Positions 25,881-40,288 of a stretch of 64,000 bases of DNA are shown here, one piece after another. The stretch lies in assembly GCA_034780895.1 (NCBI GenBank), contig JAUZTB010000071.1:27388997-27452996 (forward strand), read 5' to 3'. The notes under the pieces were generated by a model, which ran no database searches, was not told the DNA's origin, and saw only the letters and a program-made list of their open reading frames with translations. The number at the start of each line of letters is the position of its first letter. Position 1 is the first letter of the stretch. Position numbers and translations under genes: made by a program. Source of the DNA: Rhynchobatus australiae. Taxonomy: Eukaryota.

Positions 25881-26004
25881 CAGCTGTATGTTGCAGTTTG
25901 CGTTTCTGAGGTTACAGATCAACTCTGTTGGTGACAACTATTCATGAATGCTTCAAGAGCAAATGGTCTGAACCTGTGCAAAATCTGGTAATGAGAGCAA
26001 AAAA

Positions 26005-26830
26005 AGTTGCAGATACTGGGAATCTGAAACAAAAGTGCAGGAATCACTCAGTTGGTCAGGTAGCATCACTGGGACAGGAAACAGTCAACATCATCAGTAC
26101 TGAATAATGAGGAAAAACAAGTGTTTTAAATTGAAAAGGGAGGGGTAGAGAGAACAGAGGGAATCTTTGTAATGGGGGCAGCCCAAACTGTCAAGGTAAC
26201 AAAGGAAAAAAATGAATTGAAACAAAGGTGCAGCCACATCTGTGAAGAATCAGTGAAAAAGGAGTCATTACCTAAAATTGATAAATTCGTGAGAAACAAA
26301 GGAGTTCAGATGCTAGAATCTGGATGAAAAACAGTATGATGCTGGAGGAACTTGGCAGGCCTTCTGAGTTCCTTCAGCATCATAGTTTTTTTTTGATAAA
26401 TTCAATATCAAGCTTCAGGGCTGCAATGAGCCCAAATGGAAGATGAGATGTTGTTTCTGGGCATTGTTGGAGTAATGTAGGAGGTCCAAGACTAATGTCA
26501 GAATGACAATTGAGGAACTAAGGTGACAGGCAACTGGAAACTGGCGTAGCCCTTGTGTGTTTAGTTCCTCTAGTGTGGAGGAGAGCTTATCGTGAGAACT
26601 GAACGGAATGCAGTTAACTGAAAGGAGTGCGTATGAATTGTCAGAGGACTCTTCGGGTCCCTTGACAGTGGAGAGGGTAATGGTAAAAGGGCAGGTGTAT
26701 TGGAGTCCCTACAGGAAGCGGGGTGAAAGGAGGTGTAGTAAAGCCAACTGTGGGAGTCATTGGGCTTGTAATAAATATTGGTAGCTAGCCTCTCCCTTGA
26801 GATATTGAGAAAGGGAAAGGAAGAGTCAGA
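26005..26830 (-). mobile_element. Decayed Penelope-like 3' fragment with a nested short element (~26290-26400)
   Basis: Family terminus gcagatactgggaatctgaaac; a minus-strand C-terminal remnant at ~26400-26460 and TNIYYKPNDSH at 26755-26785. Confidence 0.6.
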
Positions 26831-29489
26831 TTTTAAACTGGTTTACTGCTGTGCTGTTAATTCTAAAAGGATAAAAGCAGCCTTTTTTAAATCCAGGCAA
26901 CTGTCATCTGGTATGTCAGCCTTCAGCTATGGACTTCATAGCTGTGGTCCTGCTGCTGTCTGATTTTTAGACTATTGAAAGACATTAACCTGAGATCCTC
27001 AAGTGCTTTGGGCATATCTGTTTAAGGCAAGTAGCCTTTTGTTTATTTGTAGGCTTGATTGCTGCAAGGAAAGGCAGTGATGGGTTGAAGTGCAGGCTAA
27101 CTCAGGTCATCTTGCTTGGCTGGAGCAGCCTGTGAAATCGATAGTTTCTTTTCTCAGCCACTAGGTAAAAGTGCAAAAGGAAAACGCAAAATTCTTCTGT
27201 GAAGAAGAGTTCTGCTCTCTTGAGGCNNNNNNNNNNNNNNNNNNNNNNNNNNNNNNNNNNNNNNNNNNNNNNNNNNNNNNNNNNNNNNNNNNNNNNNNNN
27301 NNNNNNNNNNNNNNNNNNNNNNNNNNNNNNNNNNNNNNNNNNNNTTCTAGACTTTTTTCATCGTTCCCCTCATCAAATGTCGAACCTGATGAGAAATTGA
27401 ATTGCGTTTGATGCTGGTTATTTTTGATCGGCGCGTGCCTACTAGGCTAGAGTAGAGAAAGGATCCAGCTTTGGCTTGCCACCTCCTGTACTATGACTCA
27501 TCTAAAATTATGGACTGTAACATTAAAATTGTGGGTCCATGGTTTAGTTTTTAATTTTAAAAAAATTTCTAAATTCTTGAGTAATTGTCTCATTATAAAA
27601 ATGGGTGAATTTTAAATTAATTGGCCTGTGCACATTGTTAAAGTTCATTGTACCCAGTGGGTGAAGTTGCATGTTGGAGCCAGGGGATTAGTTACACTTT
27701 AGTAAACTCGCAGGACTTTCCACCTCGCAATACATCTCTCCTGCGCCACTTTCGTGCTTTGAGCACTCTTCCTTAAACAAGCCAGTTACTCATCAGTGAA
27801 CTTTAAAAGGTCAGAAATCTGCAGAATTATGAAATATTTTGATAGAACAAAGTCTTATTTCCCTCACTGGCCAGTGAGTTAAGCACATTTGAGATGATCA
27901 CTTTGGGAATGAAGGTGAATTAAAGCATGTTTGTTTAAGGGCTTTTAGACCCTGGTAAGCTTCAGCATCAGCCATGGATACAGAATCCTGATTATCAAAC
28001 AAAAATAGATAAATACTTGCAAACTTAAAAGGATGCAAGGAGAATGTTACTCTGCAGACAACTCAGAGCTGGCACTGGGTCCTCCTATGCTGTAAAGTTC
28101 TAGTTCTAGAAACATTTTTCCTTTCATTGGCTGGTAGGATGAGGATCCCAGTGATATTGCTTCCTTCCATCCACGAGCCTCTGATCTTCCTCCCTCGGGA
28201 AAGGAAGCATTGAAGATTGCTTAACTTCCACTTGTAGGAACTTAATCATTTACATTAGTTTGCCTTTTGGACATCCTCACTAAATGATACCTTTACATTC
28301 AAATGGACATTAAAATTAACTGTTGGTTATGTTTTAATTGCACTTTGAGCTTGTGGTGAAGAGCGAAGAATTTTGCATTTTAAGGAATCTCCTGTGTGTT
28401 TTGAATATTTCCCAGTTGCTTCATGCTTGAAATGTAGTTGTTGTACCTAGTTGAAGTACAGTGGATGTTTGCATTTCTTAAAATTCTGTCAAGAATCCAC
28501 AGATAATGCTGAGTTAAAAGATTTTTTTCGTGGGTTATGTAAGCTCTTTGAAGGATGACTAGCAAACCCGGAATTGGGAGAACTCTCTTTTGCTCAAAAG
28601 GTGTTATTTGATCTTCATCCCTGCCTGATATCAAAAACAATTTGCTCATTTAACACCTTGAGATAAATGCAAGATTCATTTTTGCAGGGGAATTAAATTT
28701 TGGTTATATAATTGTACAATTTCCATTTAGAAGTTAAGTGGTTATACTGTGTTGGTTGTATTTATCCTTCTATAAATATAGGTGTGCACTAGATGGACTA
28801 ATCCCATCCACTACCTACCAATGGGTGGGATAAAAGGCGACATGGTTGGTACAAGAAAATTAGTATTCAATGTGCTTTCTGACATCTGAGTTGCACATTC
28901 AGTTGTGATAGCTTCTAATGAGCAGTGAATTAGTGCAGGCTTTCAATCCTCATGGAGATACTAATATTAACTGTAACAGGACGAGGGGAATTACAAGAAT
29001 AGACCAGTATTAATTCTAATTTCTTCTGAGACCTAGAGGTGTAATCTAATCATATTTATTTTAGCAACCTGCTGTGCATGATATCATTGTTCTATTTATA
29101 ACTTCCATTCTGATTTTAATGACAATTTTTCCCTTTACTGTTTTATGTCCAATTCTAATGTTTTAAAAACTCTAAAGGCTTGATTTTTGGAATTGGAAAT
29201 AAAGCCGAGTTTAACAGTGTTGGAAAGAGGAGGTAAATTCGTTTATTATTGTCACATGTACTTGGCTACAGTAGAAGAACTTGTCTTGCGTAATGTTCAT
29301 ACAGATCAATTTGTTACACAGTGCATCGAGGTAGTACATGGTAAAACAATGCAGAATGCAGAGTAGTCTCACAGCTACAGAGAAAGCATAGTGCAGGTAG
29401 ACAATAAGGTGCAAGGTCATAATGAGGTAGATTGTGAAGTCTAGAGACTATCTTATTGTACTAGGGAACTGTTCAGCAGGCCNNNNNNN

Positions 29490-31310
29490 NNNATTAAATG
29501 AGTAATCAAGTGCCTGACTAAACTAATTCCTTCTGCCTACACTATGTCCACATCCCTCTATTTCCTGCACATTCGTGTGCCTATCTAAGAGCTGTGGACT
29601 TCGATCCCCAAGATCTCTCTGCACATCAACACTGTTAAGGGTCTTGCCATTAATCGTGTACTCTCCCTTTACATGTGATCTCCCAAAGTGCAATACTTCA
29701 CATTTTGACCAGGTTAAACACCATCTGCAATTGATCTATATCCTGCTGTATCCTTTGACAGTCTTCTATGCTATCCACAGCAAAATTTTTGTATTGTCTG
29801 TGAACTTACTAACCCACCGATCTATGTTTTCGTCCAGGTCATTTATTTATACAGCTGAGGTCCACGTATGGATCCCTGCAGAACACCATTAGCCACAGAC
29901 CTCCAGCCAGAATAAGTCCCATCAACCACTACCCTCAGTCATCTATGGCAAGCCAATTTCGAATTCAAATCCTCAATTCACTGAGGATCCCATGTATCTT
30001 AATCTTCTGGATGAGTCATCCAACGAGGGACCTTGTCAAATGCCTTATTAAAATCCATGTAGACAACATCCACAGCTCTACCTTCATCANNNNNNNNNNN
30101 NNNNNNNNNNNNNNNNNNNNNNNNNNNNNNNNNNNNNNNNNNNNNNNNNNNNNNNNNNNNNNNNATGAGACTCACCGGTCTATAGTTTCCAGGATTATCC
30201 CCATTTACCTTTTGGAATGATGAAACAACATTAGCTGCTTATCAGTCCTCTGGGACCTTGCCTGTGGCTAGAGAGGACATGAAGATATTGGTCAAGGCCC
30301 CAGTAATCTCATCTCTTGCCTCTCTCAATAACCTGGGGTATATGCCATCAGGCCCTGGGGACTTATCCACCTTAATATTCTTCAAGAGATCCAACACTAC
30401 TTCATCTCAAAATGTCCTAGCATATTAGCATGCTCTACACTGATCTCCCTATCCTTCACGTTCTTCTGGGTGGTAAATATTGATGCAATGTACTCGGGAC
30501 CTCTCCCAGATCTTCCACCTTCAAGCACATGTTCCCTCTTTTATCCTTAAGTAGTCCTACCCATCGCTTGTTATCCTCTTACTCTTGATGTATGTATAGA
30601 ATGTCTTGGGATTCTCTTTAATTCTACTTGCCAAGGACTGCCCCTCCTGGCTCTCCTAATTCCCTTCTTGAGTTGTTTTCTGGCTTCTTTATCATCCTCA
30701 AAGCTCTGTTTGATTTTAGCTTCCTAAATGCTCCCTTTTTCTTCAATAAATTCACTCCCTCTCTTGTCATTTAAAGGTTCCCTTATCTTGCCATTTTTGT
30801 CCTTCTTACTGGAATACACCTGTCCTGTATTTGGTGCAGTTGGTCTTTAACCACCCTCCACATGTCAGATGTGGATTTGCCCAAAAACTGCTGTTCCCAA
30901 TTAACTCTCCCTAGTTCCTGCCTAATACTCTCGTAATTTGTCCAGCTCCAATTTAATACTTTTCTGCAAGGTCCATACTTGTCTTTGTATCTATCTTAAA
31001 ACTTAAGCAGTAGTGGTCACTGTTCCCTAAATGTTCTCCCACTGAAAGGTCAGTCACCTGGCCAGACTCATTATCCAACACCAGGTCCAGTATGGCCCCT
31101 CCTCTTGTTGGACTATCTACATATTGAAGAAACCCTCCTGGGGTTTCTGCCCCTCTTGCACTAAGGAGATCCCAGCCTATATTAGGGAAGTTGAAGTCAC
31201 CCACTACAACAACCCTATTGTTTTTACACTTTTTTCCCTAATCTACCTACATATCTGTTCCTTAATGTTCCAGTGCCTATTGGGGTGGGGGGAGGGGAGT
31301 CTATAGTATA
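29490..31310 (-). mobile_element. Internally deleted CR1 LINE (APE endonuclease to 3' end)
   Basis: Minus ORF 30953-31204 MGDFNFPNIGWD...QYVDSPTRGGAILDLVL...VGEHLGNSDH (APE motifs); VDVVYMDFNKAFDKV at ~30030-30075. Confidence 0.88.
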
Positions 31311-31599
31311 ATCCCATCAGAATCTCATCATGATGTACGGAGCTGTGTCCACAACTCTCTGCAGATAACTAGCTCAAATTAATGTGAGCTCATGCCATTT
31401 GTTAATGTGAATTGCTTTATCTTGTTATTTGCATCTTCAGTGCTTCTTATCTTATGGTGTTTTATTGCAGCTAATTGTAACTGGCCCATTACAATGAAAA
31501 TATGCCCCACTAATGGATCAACTTCCTTCCTGTGTTAAACTCTCTCTGGAGTGGAACAACAGAATGCATTATTGAAATTGATGTTAATTGGTCTGAAGA

Positions 31600-33190
31600 T
31601 GTGGCTTATAACATTGCAGAAAACATGTTGGGTCTGAGGATTGGGAGAACATTTGAAAGCAGCAAAAGACAAGTGATGGAGCAAATGGATTAAGTGAGTA
31701 AACTAGCAAGGGATATTAAAAACCTTGAATTGCCACAGGTATGTTAAAGAGAAGAGAGTAGCAAAAGGAAGTTTGGAAACTGGAAAAGGGAATTGTGAAT
31801 GTGGAATAAGGAAATAGCAGATACTGAACAAAGATTTTGTTTCTATCTTCACTCTAGAGGACATTAAAGTCATACCAAGAATAGCAGGAAATAATGGGCA
31901 AAAGGGAGAGATTATCTTAAATGGCCATTATCATTAGAGGAAAAAGTACAAGATAAACTAATTAAGCTAAAGGCTGAGAAGTTCAATGGAATTGATAGCC
32001 TGCATCCTGAGGGAAGTGGTGACAGCGATGGTACTCATCGGTTGTGCTTTCAGATGTTGCTAGATTCTGTAAAGATAACAGGAAACTGTAAAACTGTAAA
32101 TGTCAATCCAATTTGTGAATGGAGGGAATGAGAAAGTAAGGGACCATAGGACAGTGAGTCCAATGTTTGTGTTCAGGGAAATACTTAAATTCATAATTAA
32201 GAAAGTAGTAAAAGGACACAAAGTTACAGTTCCCAGACGATGGGAGAGATCCAGTCCAGCCCAAGACCTCCCTGAGTCAGAATGGCAGGCTCCATCTCCT
32301 TGCTTCTCTTGATGCTTGATAAGGGCCCCACTTTTGGGTTTGCTGGCTATGAGTGTTGCTGTTTAAGCGGAATGTTTGTGAATGTGTTTGGTGTTCACAA
32401 AGTTCAAAAGCATAGGTACCATCTTAACCATAAAAATGAATGAGGTCAAATGAAGTTATCCACATTGAGAAGAATAAAAGAGCAGAATATTATTAGAATA
32501 GAATGAGATTAATGAATGCTGATGTTCAAAGATCTGGATGTCAAGGTATCAGCAAGACCATTCGAATACAGGTTCAATAAGTAAATAGGAAGACAAGTGG
32601 AATGTTAACCTTTGTTGTAAAGGGAGGGAATGTAAAAGCTAAGTCTTGCTGCTTATACTGGGTTTTGGTGTGATTGCACCTGGGGGTTATTGTATAATTT
32701 TAGAGGTCTGTCTTAAAGGATGTACTTGCCTTGGAGGCAGTGCAGGAAAGGTCTACGGGATTGCCTTTTTGGGATAAAGTGGTGGCCCTGTTAAGAAAGA
32801 TTATATTGGGTCTGGATGCTCAAGTTTTGAAGAGTGAGACATGATCTTGTTGGAGCATTCAAAGTTCTGTGGGCTGTTGACAGGGTAGATGCAGTGAGGA
32901 CTTGTCCCCTGGTGGAGTAATCTAGAATTGGGGATATAACTTCTGAATGATGATGCACCCATTAAAATCTGAGATGAGGAGGATTTTATTTTTTTTTAGA
33001 GGCCTGTGAATCTTTGCCATCCTCAACTTCAGAGCTGTGGATGCTGAGTCATTAAAGATTTTTAAGGCTGAGATGGGCTTTTGGTATATAGGGATCTAAC
33101 TTTTATGGCGACTAGGCCAATAATCAGATCAACCAAGATCTTGGTGAACAGTGGAGGCAGCTTGAGGAAATGTCAGGCCTACTCCTGTAT
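31600..33190 (+). mobile_element. Old decayed CR1 LINE
   Basis: Remnants GIDSLHP, YRTVS-like and RHDLVGAFK; 3' UTR atcagatcaaccaagatcttggtgaacagtggaggcagcttgagg. Confidence 0.65.
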
Positions 33191-36100
33191 CTCATTGTCA
33201 AATGATGGGTGGTTCCTTCTCATTCTGCTCAGAACTGCTTTGTACAACCATTGCAGTAAATATATTGTTTTTACTTCACGTTGTATTGAGACCTTTTATT
33301 TTGCTCCCGCCCACTTCCAATTAACTCTGTTCCCTGGCAACCGTTGGAAGCCAAATCAGAGCAGTTGCAAACTTGCTATTATCTTTAACTCTGAGCTTTC
33401 ATCTTGCATCTGTTCACCAAGATACATTCTTCTATTTTCATAATTTCTGATTCTGACTCATCTCAGGGCCATCTGTGAAACCCTTATCTAATGTCTTTGT
33501 AACTTATACATGTAACTATTGCAATACTCTCTTGGTTTGCCTCCTCTCTGCCCTCTATCTTAACTTGCTGTTAATATAGCTGAAAGTTGAGGTATGGTGC
33601 ATTAGCAAGATTGGCTGGTCATTTAGTTGATTAAGTAATTTATTTTAATTTTCCCCATCTCCTTGCATTGCTTTCTGCANNNNNNNNNNCTATTGTACTT
33701 TTTAATATATTAATTGACCATGTGAGAATTTAGATTATTGAATAACAACTTTTATTCAGAGTAGGGTATCAATTCTGATGCAACCTTCATTTTAATGGTT
33801 GAAAAGGCACATGTTATTTCACAATGCCAAATTTAATTAGGTTAACTTTTAGGATGCAGTTGGAGGAGTGAGGTTAGTAATTAACATTTGAAACTGAACC
33901 ATCCATTTTATTGCATGCTTCCAATCTGAAATTACTGTGCGGCTTAATTTACAATCTCTTGACTCAAAATGGCAGATTTTTCTGATGAATGATGCTTTCC
34001 AGATTCTGCACATCTCTTGTGTGTTTCTTAAATCTGTGTGCAGCTGTTGAATAAGAAATCTATTCCAGGGTGAAGTCTCATGCAACTATTTGGCTCAACT
34101 GAGAGGCATAAATGATGTATTCAACTGCTTACAGTCTCTATTTGTAAAATGGTGAAGATAAGTTAACTAACCTACAAACCTTTTCCTAAAATAATAAAAT
34201 TAAACATTTTGCTAATAGACTTTTGTACCCAAGTATGCAGACAGAAAACAGATCCAACACCAATCCATCAAGAAGTTGCACAACTTTCTTTCTCTAATGC
34301 ATTATTCCCCTTCCAAAATACCAACTTCTTTGCACATTGACTCAGTTTCCTTTGGGCCTAGTTTGGGAATTGTGTTGGTGGGGCACCAAAGACATCTTGT
34401 ATCACCTTAGGAATGAATATTTAACCATATTGGTATGTGTTGGATTGGTGGAATATTTGGTTGAGGAACCTTAGTTTACAATGATGGGCAGTATCACCAT
34501 CCACAAGTCCTATTGGTAGTACACAAATGTATTGTTTGTGTTTATGACCAGGTAGCCAAACTGTTCAGTGTATTGGAAATATAGAATTCTGCAAGAAGAA
34601 TATTGATTTTAAATTTGTGTCTCAGATAATGTCAATATTCTGAGAACAATAATTTTATGATACAATCCATTGGCAATTGTAACATTTATTTACAAAAAGC
34701 CCAGAATGATGTGACTTGATTTTATCTTTCATTTCATGGGCAGGGGAGGTGTAATGTGTGCACATTTACATATTTTTTTACATCTTTGAGATTTGCTGCA
34801 AATTTACTCTACAAACGTAGGAAATGCTGTGCAAATGCCTGGCACATCAAAGATAATTGCCGTGCTTTTGTCAGATGGCATTTTGAATATTAAAATAGTA
34901 AAGCTGTAGGTGGATGCTTTTGTGTCCTTTTAAAAAAAAAAGTGATTTGAGTTTATGTAACTGTGCAGATTGTTAATTCTCTGCCTCCTCTCCCAGTTAA
35001 GTAATTGTCCATTGCACCAGGTTTTTCCTGGTTTCAGGACTGGTGCTTCATTTAATAATTTTCAGCACAACAAAAAAAAAACAAAATGTCGCAGATCACA
35101 GTATTCTTTTTCTTTCCTACTTCCCCTAAACCTCACCTGTCCTAAACCCCCAATTCATCTAAACCCCATCTGTTTAAAAAGAAATGTCTATTCTTTTCTC
35201 CTCCTATATTTTATCTTGTTTCCATTAATTGCAGTTCACCTTTAAGTTTGGTAAGTTTAGTTTCATGGGTTTAAAAGAATTCTGGGCTTTGCTTACTGAT
35301 ATTTTGGCGAGCTTTTGGAATAAAGGGAGCTCAGCTTATAAAGCTGATCATTCCTGTTCACCATTCTTGTCCTCTGCATTTTCTATGACAATTTTTAAAA
35401 ATTTGTTGAGCAAATAGAGTTTAATGGTAGTGGTTTGAAAAATGGGGAAGCATTTGAATGGTTCATATGAAAGCAGGGGATGCATTTTGATGCAGGCATT
35501 GTGGATCTCAAGCGCACAACTGTTTCAAAGAGCTGTGTGCCCCTGCAGCAGCCAGCAGATTCGGCTCTGCAAAGATGCATCAGTTGTGGTGCAATATGAG
35601 CAGACCCCATTTTAATGGGGTGGTGGAATCTGCATTGATCTATAAGTATTCCCTAGTGTTTCAGGTGCAACATGATTTATTATTGCACATCAGGAACAGT
35701 TTTGTGGGTTCAATTACTATTGCAGCAGTAGCACATGGAGATCCATTGTGCACTTCCAGAAGTTGGGAGGGTTTCAGTAACGTGCTGTGCTGAGAACACC
35801 CATGAACATTCTTTAATACTGCTTATATCATTTGCAAAGGGCTCTTGTTTTTGTTATAAAGTTTTTTAATGCTAAGAAAAATGCAAAGATGTATAAATGG
35901 GTTGAATCTCCATTCTTTAACCATTTTTTTTCTTTGACATTTGATAATAGTGAAGACAATTGCTGCTTAAATGTGTGCTTTCTGTTTGCCTTTTGTGCAC
36001 TATTTGTCTGCTGTTTCATGGNNNNNNNNNNNNNNNNNNNNNNNNNNNNNNNNNNNNNNNNNNNNNNNNNNNNNNNNNNNNNNNNNNNNNNNNNNNNNNN

Positions 36101-36819
36101 NNNNNNNNNNNNNNNNNNNNNNNNNNNNNNNNNNNNNNNNNNNNNNNNNNNNNNNNNNNNNNNNNNNNNNNNNNNNNNNNNNNNNNNNNNNNNNNNNNNN
36201 NNNNNNNNNNNNNNNNNNNNNNNNNNNNNNNNNNNNNNNNNNNNNNNNNNNNNNNNNNNNNNNNNNNNNNNNNNNNCAGGGTAGTGATTTTTGATGCAAA
36301 TATTAACACATTAATATAAGTTAATGAGTTTTCTGTGCCAGGAGCAGAAATAATATCAGCCTGTCATAGTTGAAGGTGTTCAGCTGTGGTAGCAGCTGTT
36401 CTTGTATTCCTGGCTGAATTCTGGAGGTATGGTTCAAGCTAGTTGTAGTGCTGCTGACCTTGTGGAGAACAAATGGGCAAGCCAAAACTCTGCCTCTGTT
36501 TAAACCAATGAACCCAATGTGTAGTAAGTCATACTTTTCTATAGTTTACTAATTTTGCAGGTTTGGATCATACCCATTTGTGCAAGAAGAGGTGAGTTTT
36601 TTTTATCTTGATCAATATTTCAGTGTTGCCTCAGAGATACCCGGGGATGCTTTAATAAATCAATGGGAATTCCATTGCACACATCTGCCCAGATTGTAGA
36701 ATGCTAAAGTTGTCAAAAGACAAATAGAACATAGTTTGCTTGAACAATTGTCAACATGGCTTTTCCTGGGCATTAATCATTGAACATTTTTAATGAAAAT
36801 CTCCTCTTCCATTCATGGT

Positions 36820-37169
36820 CATGCAAGTCGATAGGGTGGTACAGAAGGCATGTGACACTGGTTGGGGCTTTGAGTTTAAGATTAAGGAAGCCATAGTGTA
36901 GTTACACAAAACTATGGTTAGGTTGCACTTGGAGTACTGTGTGCAATTCTGGTCGCCCCATTACAGGACAGAGACTTCAGAAAGGGTATAGAGGAGGCTT
37001 ACCAGGATTCTGCCTGGATAAGAGGGTATGAGCTGTAAGGAGGTTAAATAAGCTTGTTTTCTCTGGAGTCTGAGGGGAAATCTGACAGAAGTTTATAAAA
37101 TTGTGTGGCATAGATAGGGTAGACATTCAGAATCTTTTTCCTGGGGTAGAGATGTCAACTACTAAACAA
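36820..37169 (+). mobile_element. CR1 LINE fragment
   Basis: cacttggagtactgtgtgcaattctggtcgccccattacagg = [14 protein letters not shown]. Confidence 0.85.
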
Positions 37170-38023
37170 NNNNNNNNNNNNNNNNNNNNNNNNNNNNNNN
37201 NNNNNNNNNNNNNNNNNNNNNNNNNNNNNNNNNNNNNNNNNNNNNNNNNNNNNNNNNNNNNNNNNNNNNNNNNNNNNNNNNNNNNNNNNNNNNNNNNNNN
37301 NNNNNNNNNNNNNNNNNNNNNNNNNNNNNNNNNNNNNNNNNNNNNNNNNNNNNNNNNNNNNNNNNNNNNNNNNNNNNNNNNNNNNNNNNNNNNNNNNNNN
37401 NNNNNNNNNNNNNNNNNNNNNNNNNNNNNNNNNNNNNNNNNNNNNNNNNNNNNNNNNNNNNNNNNNNNNNNNNNNNNNNNNNNNNNNNNNNNNNNNNNNN
37501 NNNNNNNNNNNNNNNNNNNNNNNNNNNNNNNNNNNNNNNNNNNNNNNNNNNNNNNNNNNNNNNNNNNNNNNNNNNNNNNNNNNNNNNNNNNNNNNACTTT
37601 TTTTTCTGCCTGTTTATTGCTTTAAATATGATATTAGGCAGAATGCATAACCATTAAAGATTCATGTCAGAATTAAAGATAAAACTGTCAAACTCTGATG
37701 TAATATTTCCCTTCTTTCCATTCTGTAAAGTTGCAGGGTTTCTTGAGTTACTGCCAGTGTTGGATCGATAATCATGATCAACAATACACCACTGGAAAAT
37801 TTGTATAAAATATTCACACACCTTGGGCCTGTTTATCACTTGACAACTCCTGGTATTATAAAAGCTCAATATCTATTCTGTAATAGAATATTGATTAGCA
37901 CAAAACACAATCATTTTTGTGTTNNNNNNNNNNNNNNNNNNNNNNNNNNNNNNNNNNNNNNNNNNNNNNNNNNNNNNNNNNNNNNNNNNNNNNNNNNNNN
38001 NNNNNNNNNNNNNNNNNNNNNNN

Positions 38024-38839
38024 GAAGTGCTGTAGGTTATTGTAGACTTCAGCCTTTGCTTGTTTATCCATTCAAGAACCCTCAGGCTCTTAAAGAAATT
38101 TGGAAGGCATCTCTTCCAGTCATCTGGAAGTCCAACAAAATGGCTTGGGTGATGTTGGTTCTTATTGAAGACTGTTTTAGGAACCATTTTTCTCTTGAAG
38201 TGGAGCGATGCTGTGCTTCCAAGAATTTGCCATTCAAGATTTTGGTTCTTGAAAATACCCCCAGGGATCATGTGTTTTTGGATGATTTTCATCCAAATGT
38301 CAAGGTCGTGTGCTTGCCACCGAACACAACAGCTGTTCTCCAGCAATGGTTCAAAGTGTAATTGTATCTTTTAAAGCCTACTACCTCCATGAGACACTTT
38401 CTCAAGCTATTAAAGCAACCATTGCAACAGAAGGCAAGACTCTAAGGTAATTTTGGAAGTCATACAACTTCCATGTTGCAGTGAAGAATATTGCAGATGC
38501 TTTTGCTGAGGTAAAACAAACAAGTATGAATGGTGTATGGAAGAAAATTTTTCCTAACACTGTTCAGGATTTCCAAGATGATAAGAGATGTGAAGGAGAA
38601 AGTGGCACCCATGGTAATTGGCTTCAGGTTGAGATTAATGATGAAGATGTCACCAACTTGCTTGAATCTCGTGCTACAGAACTAAGCAGTGAAGAAATTA
38701 TGGAACTGGAAAAGCAGCTGGTAGAAGAGGGAAAAAAGTGAGAAGTTGAAACCCTAGATCTTGGAAAGATTCACTATAAAAGAAATGGCAGCAGCTTTGA
38801 AGAAATTTGAAGAAGGTTTGATGATGCTAAAAGAACAAC
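38024..38839 (+). mobile_element. Tigger/pogo (Tc1-mariner superfamily) transposase remnant
   Basis: PLLVY..KNPQALK...LPVIWKSNKMAWV...YC-like..NLPFKILV.EN.P.H...PNVKVVCLPPNTTAVLQ, then FKAYYL and NIADAFAEVKQTSMNGVWKK: a Tigger1/TIGD1-type DDE_1 domain with frameshifts and stops. Confidence 0.9.
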
Positions 38840-40288
38840 TTGGACTTCTAGATGACTGGAAAAGATGCCTTCCAAAATCCTTTAAGAGCCTAAGGGTTCT
38901 TGAATGGATAAACAAGCAAAGGCTTAAATCCACAAGACCCTAACTTAGCTTGTTGGGGTGTTAATGAGAATAATCAATGCTATGAAGAAACTGTAGCAAC
39001 ACACCCGCTACCAGGTTTTGCATGATCCTATAGAATTTTACTGGGAAATTGACTACTGAATTTGACTGGGTTGCAGATTTGTTTCCAAGTCTTTTCTTTG
39101 TAATATGCACTNNNNNNNNNNNNNNNNNNNNNNNNNNNNNNNNNNNNNNNNNNNNNNNNNNNNNNNNNNNNNNNNNNNNNNNNNNNNNNNNNNNNNNNNN
39201 NNNNNNNNNNNNNNNNNNNNNNNNNNNNNNNNNNNNNNNNNNNNNNNNNNNNNNNNNNNNNNNNNNNNNNNNNNNNNNNNNNNNNNNNNNNNNNNNNNNN
39301 NNNNNNNNNNNNNNNNNNNNNNNNNNNNNNNNNNNNNNNNNNNNNNNNNNNNNNNNNNNNNNNNNNNNNNNNNNNNNNNNNNNNNNNNNNNNNNNNNNNN
39401 NNNNNNNNNNNNNNNNNNNNNNNNNNNNNNNNNNNNNNNNNNNNNNNNNNNNNNNNNNNNNNNNNNNNNNNNNNNNNNNNNNNNNNNNNNNNNNNNNNNN
39501 NNNNNNNNNNNNNNNTTGCGTGTTAAACATGTGAGGCTTGTTTTATTGTGCACAACCCATTGGGCTTTATGTGCAGTACAATTTTTTTGGTGGTAAACCC
39601 TTGCACAGAACTTCATTGAAACACTGGTTTAACACACTTCCTGGCCCAGAAGAATTTTTACATCCATCTTTTCTATTCTGACCAGCAGATATACTGTTGT
39701 GGTCAGTATTTTCTATCAGCAATTAAAAATTTATTGATGACTCTTGATGCTACTTAATTGTATTTCAAATTATAGTACATTTTCCATTTCTAATGCTTGT
39801 GTATTTCCTGTGGCCCTTTGCTCATGACACAATGTCCTAGGAATAGTAATCACTTAATTCCAGAATCATAGCAGAGCTATTTTTTCCAATATTTTTTCTG
39901 AGTTTATTTCATTAAAATGCTAATGAAATGAGGCACTCTTTCTGTCTCTGGGATGGAAAAGGTCCAAATAGGAATTAAATGCATTTGGTATAATTATTCT
40001 TTTCCAATGAGCAGATTTATCATAATGTACGTATCTTATCTGAAGGAGTTTTAATTTTACCTATTTTATTTGCATTGAGGCACAGGAGCACAGTTGTGTT
40101 GCTTTGGCGTTGTTCATGTGAGAATAATATGTGGATAGTCCACTGTACCTTTTTTTTTCTCTTGATTTTAAATATTGTACTAATATTTAGCTCAGTTTGA
40201 CATCAAAAACTGACAACTGTTTCACTGTGGTGTATTTGCCCTTCAATCCTGGCTGACAATTGCCATTGGCTGAGCAGGCATATTGCTG

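Noticed and set aside
38024-38839. Domesticated TIGD-like gene
   Set aside because: Multiple frameshifts and stops plus an inverted rearrangement indicate a dead transposon.
35832-39616. Long ORFs containing X runs
   Set aside because: Artefacts of translating through N gaps.
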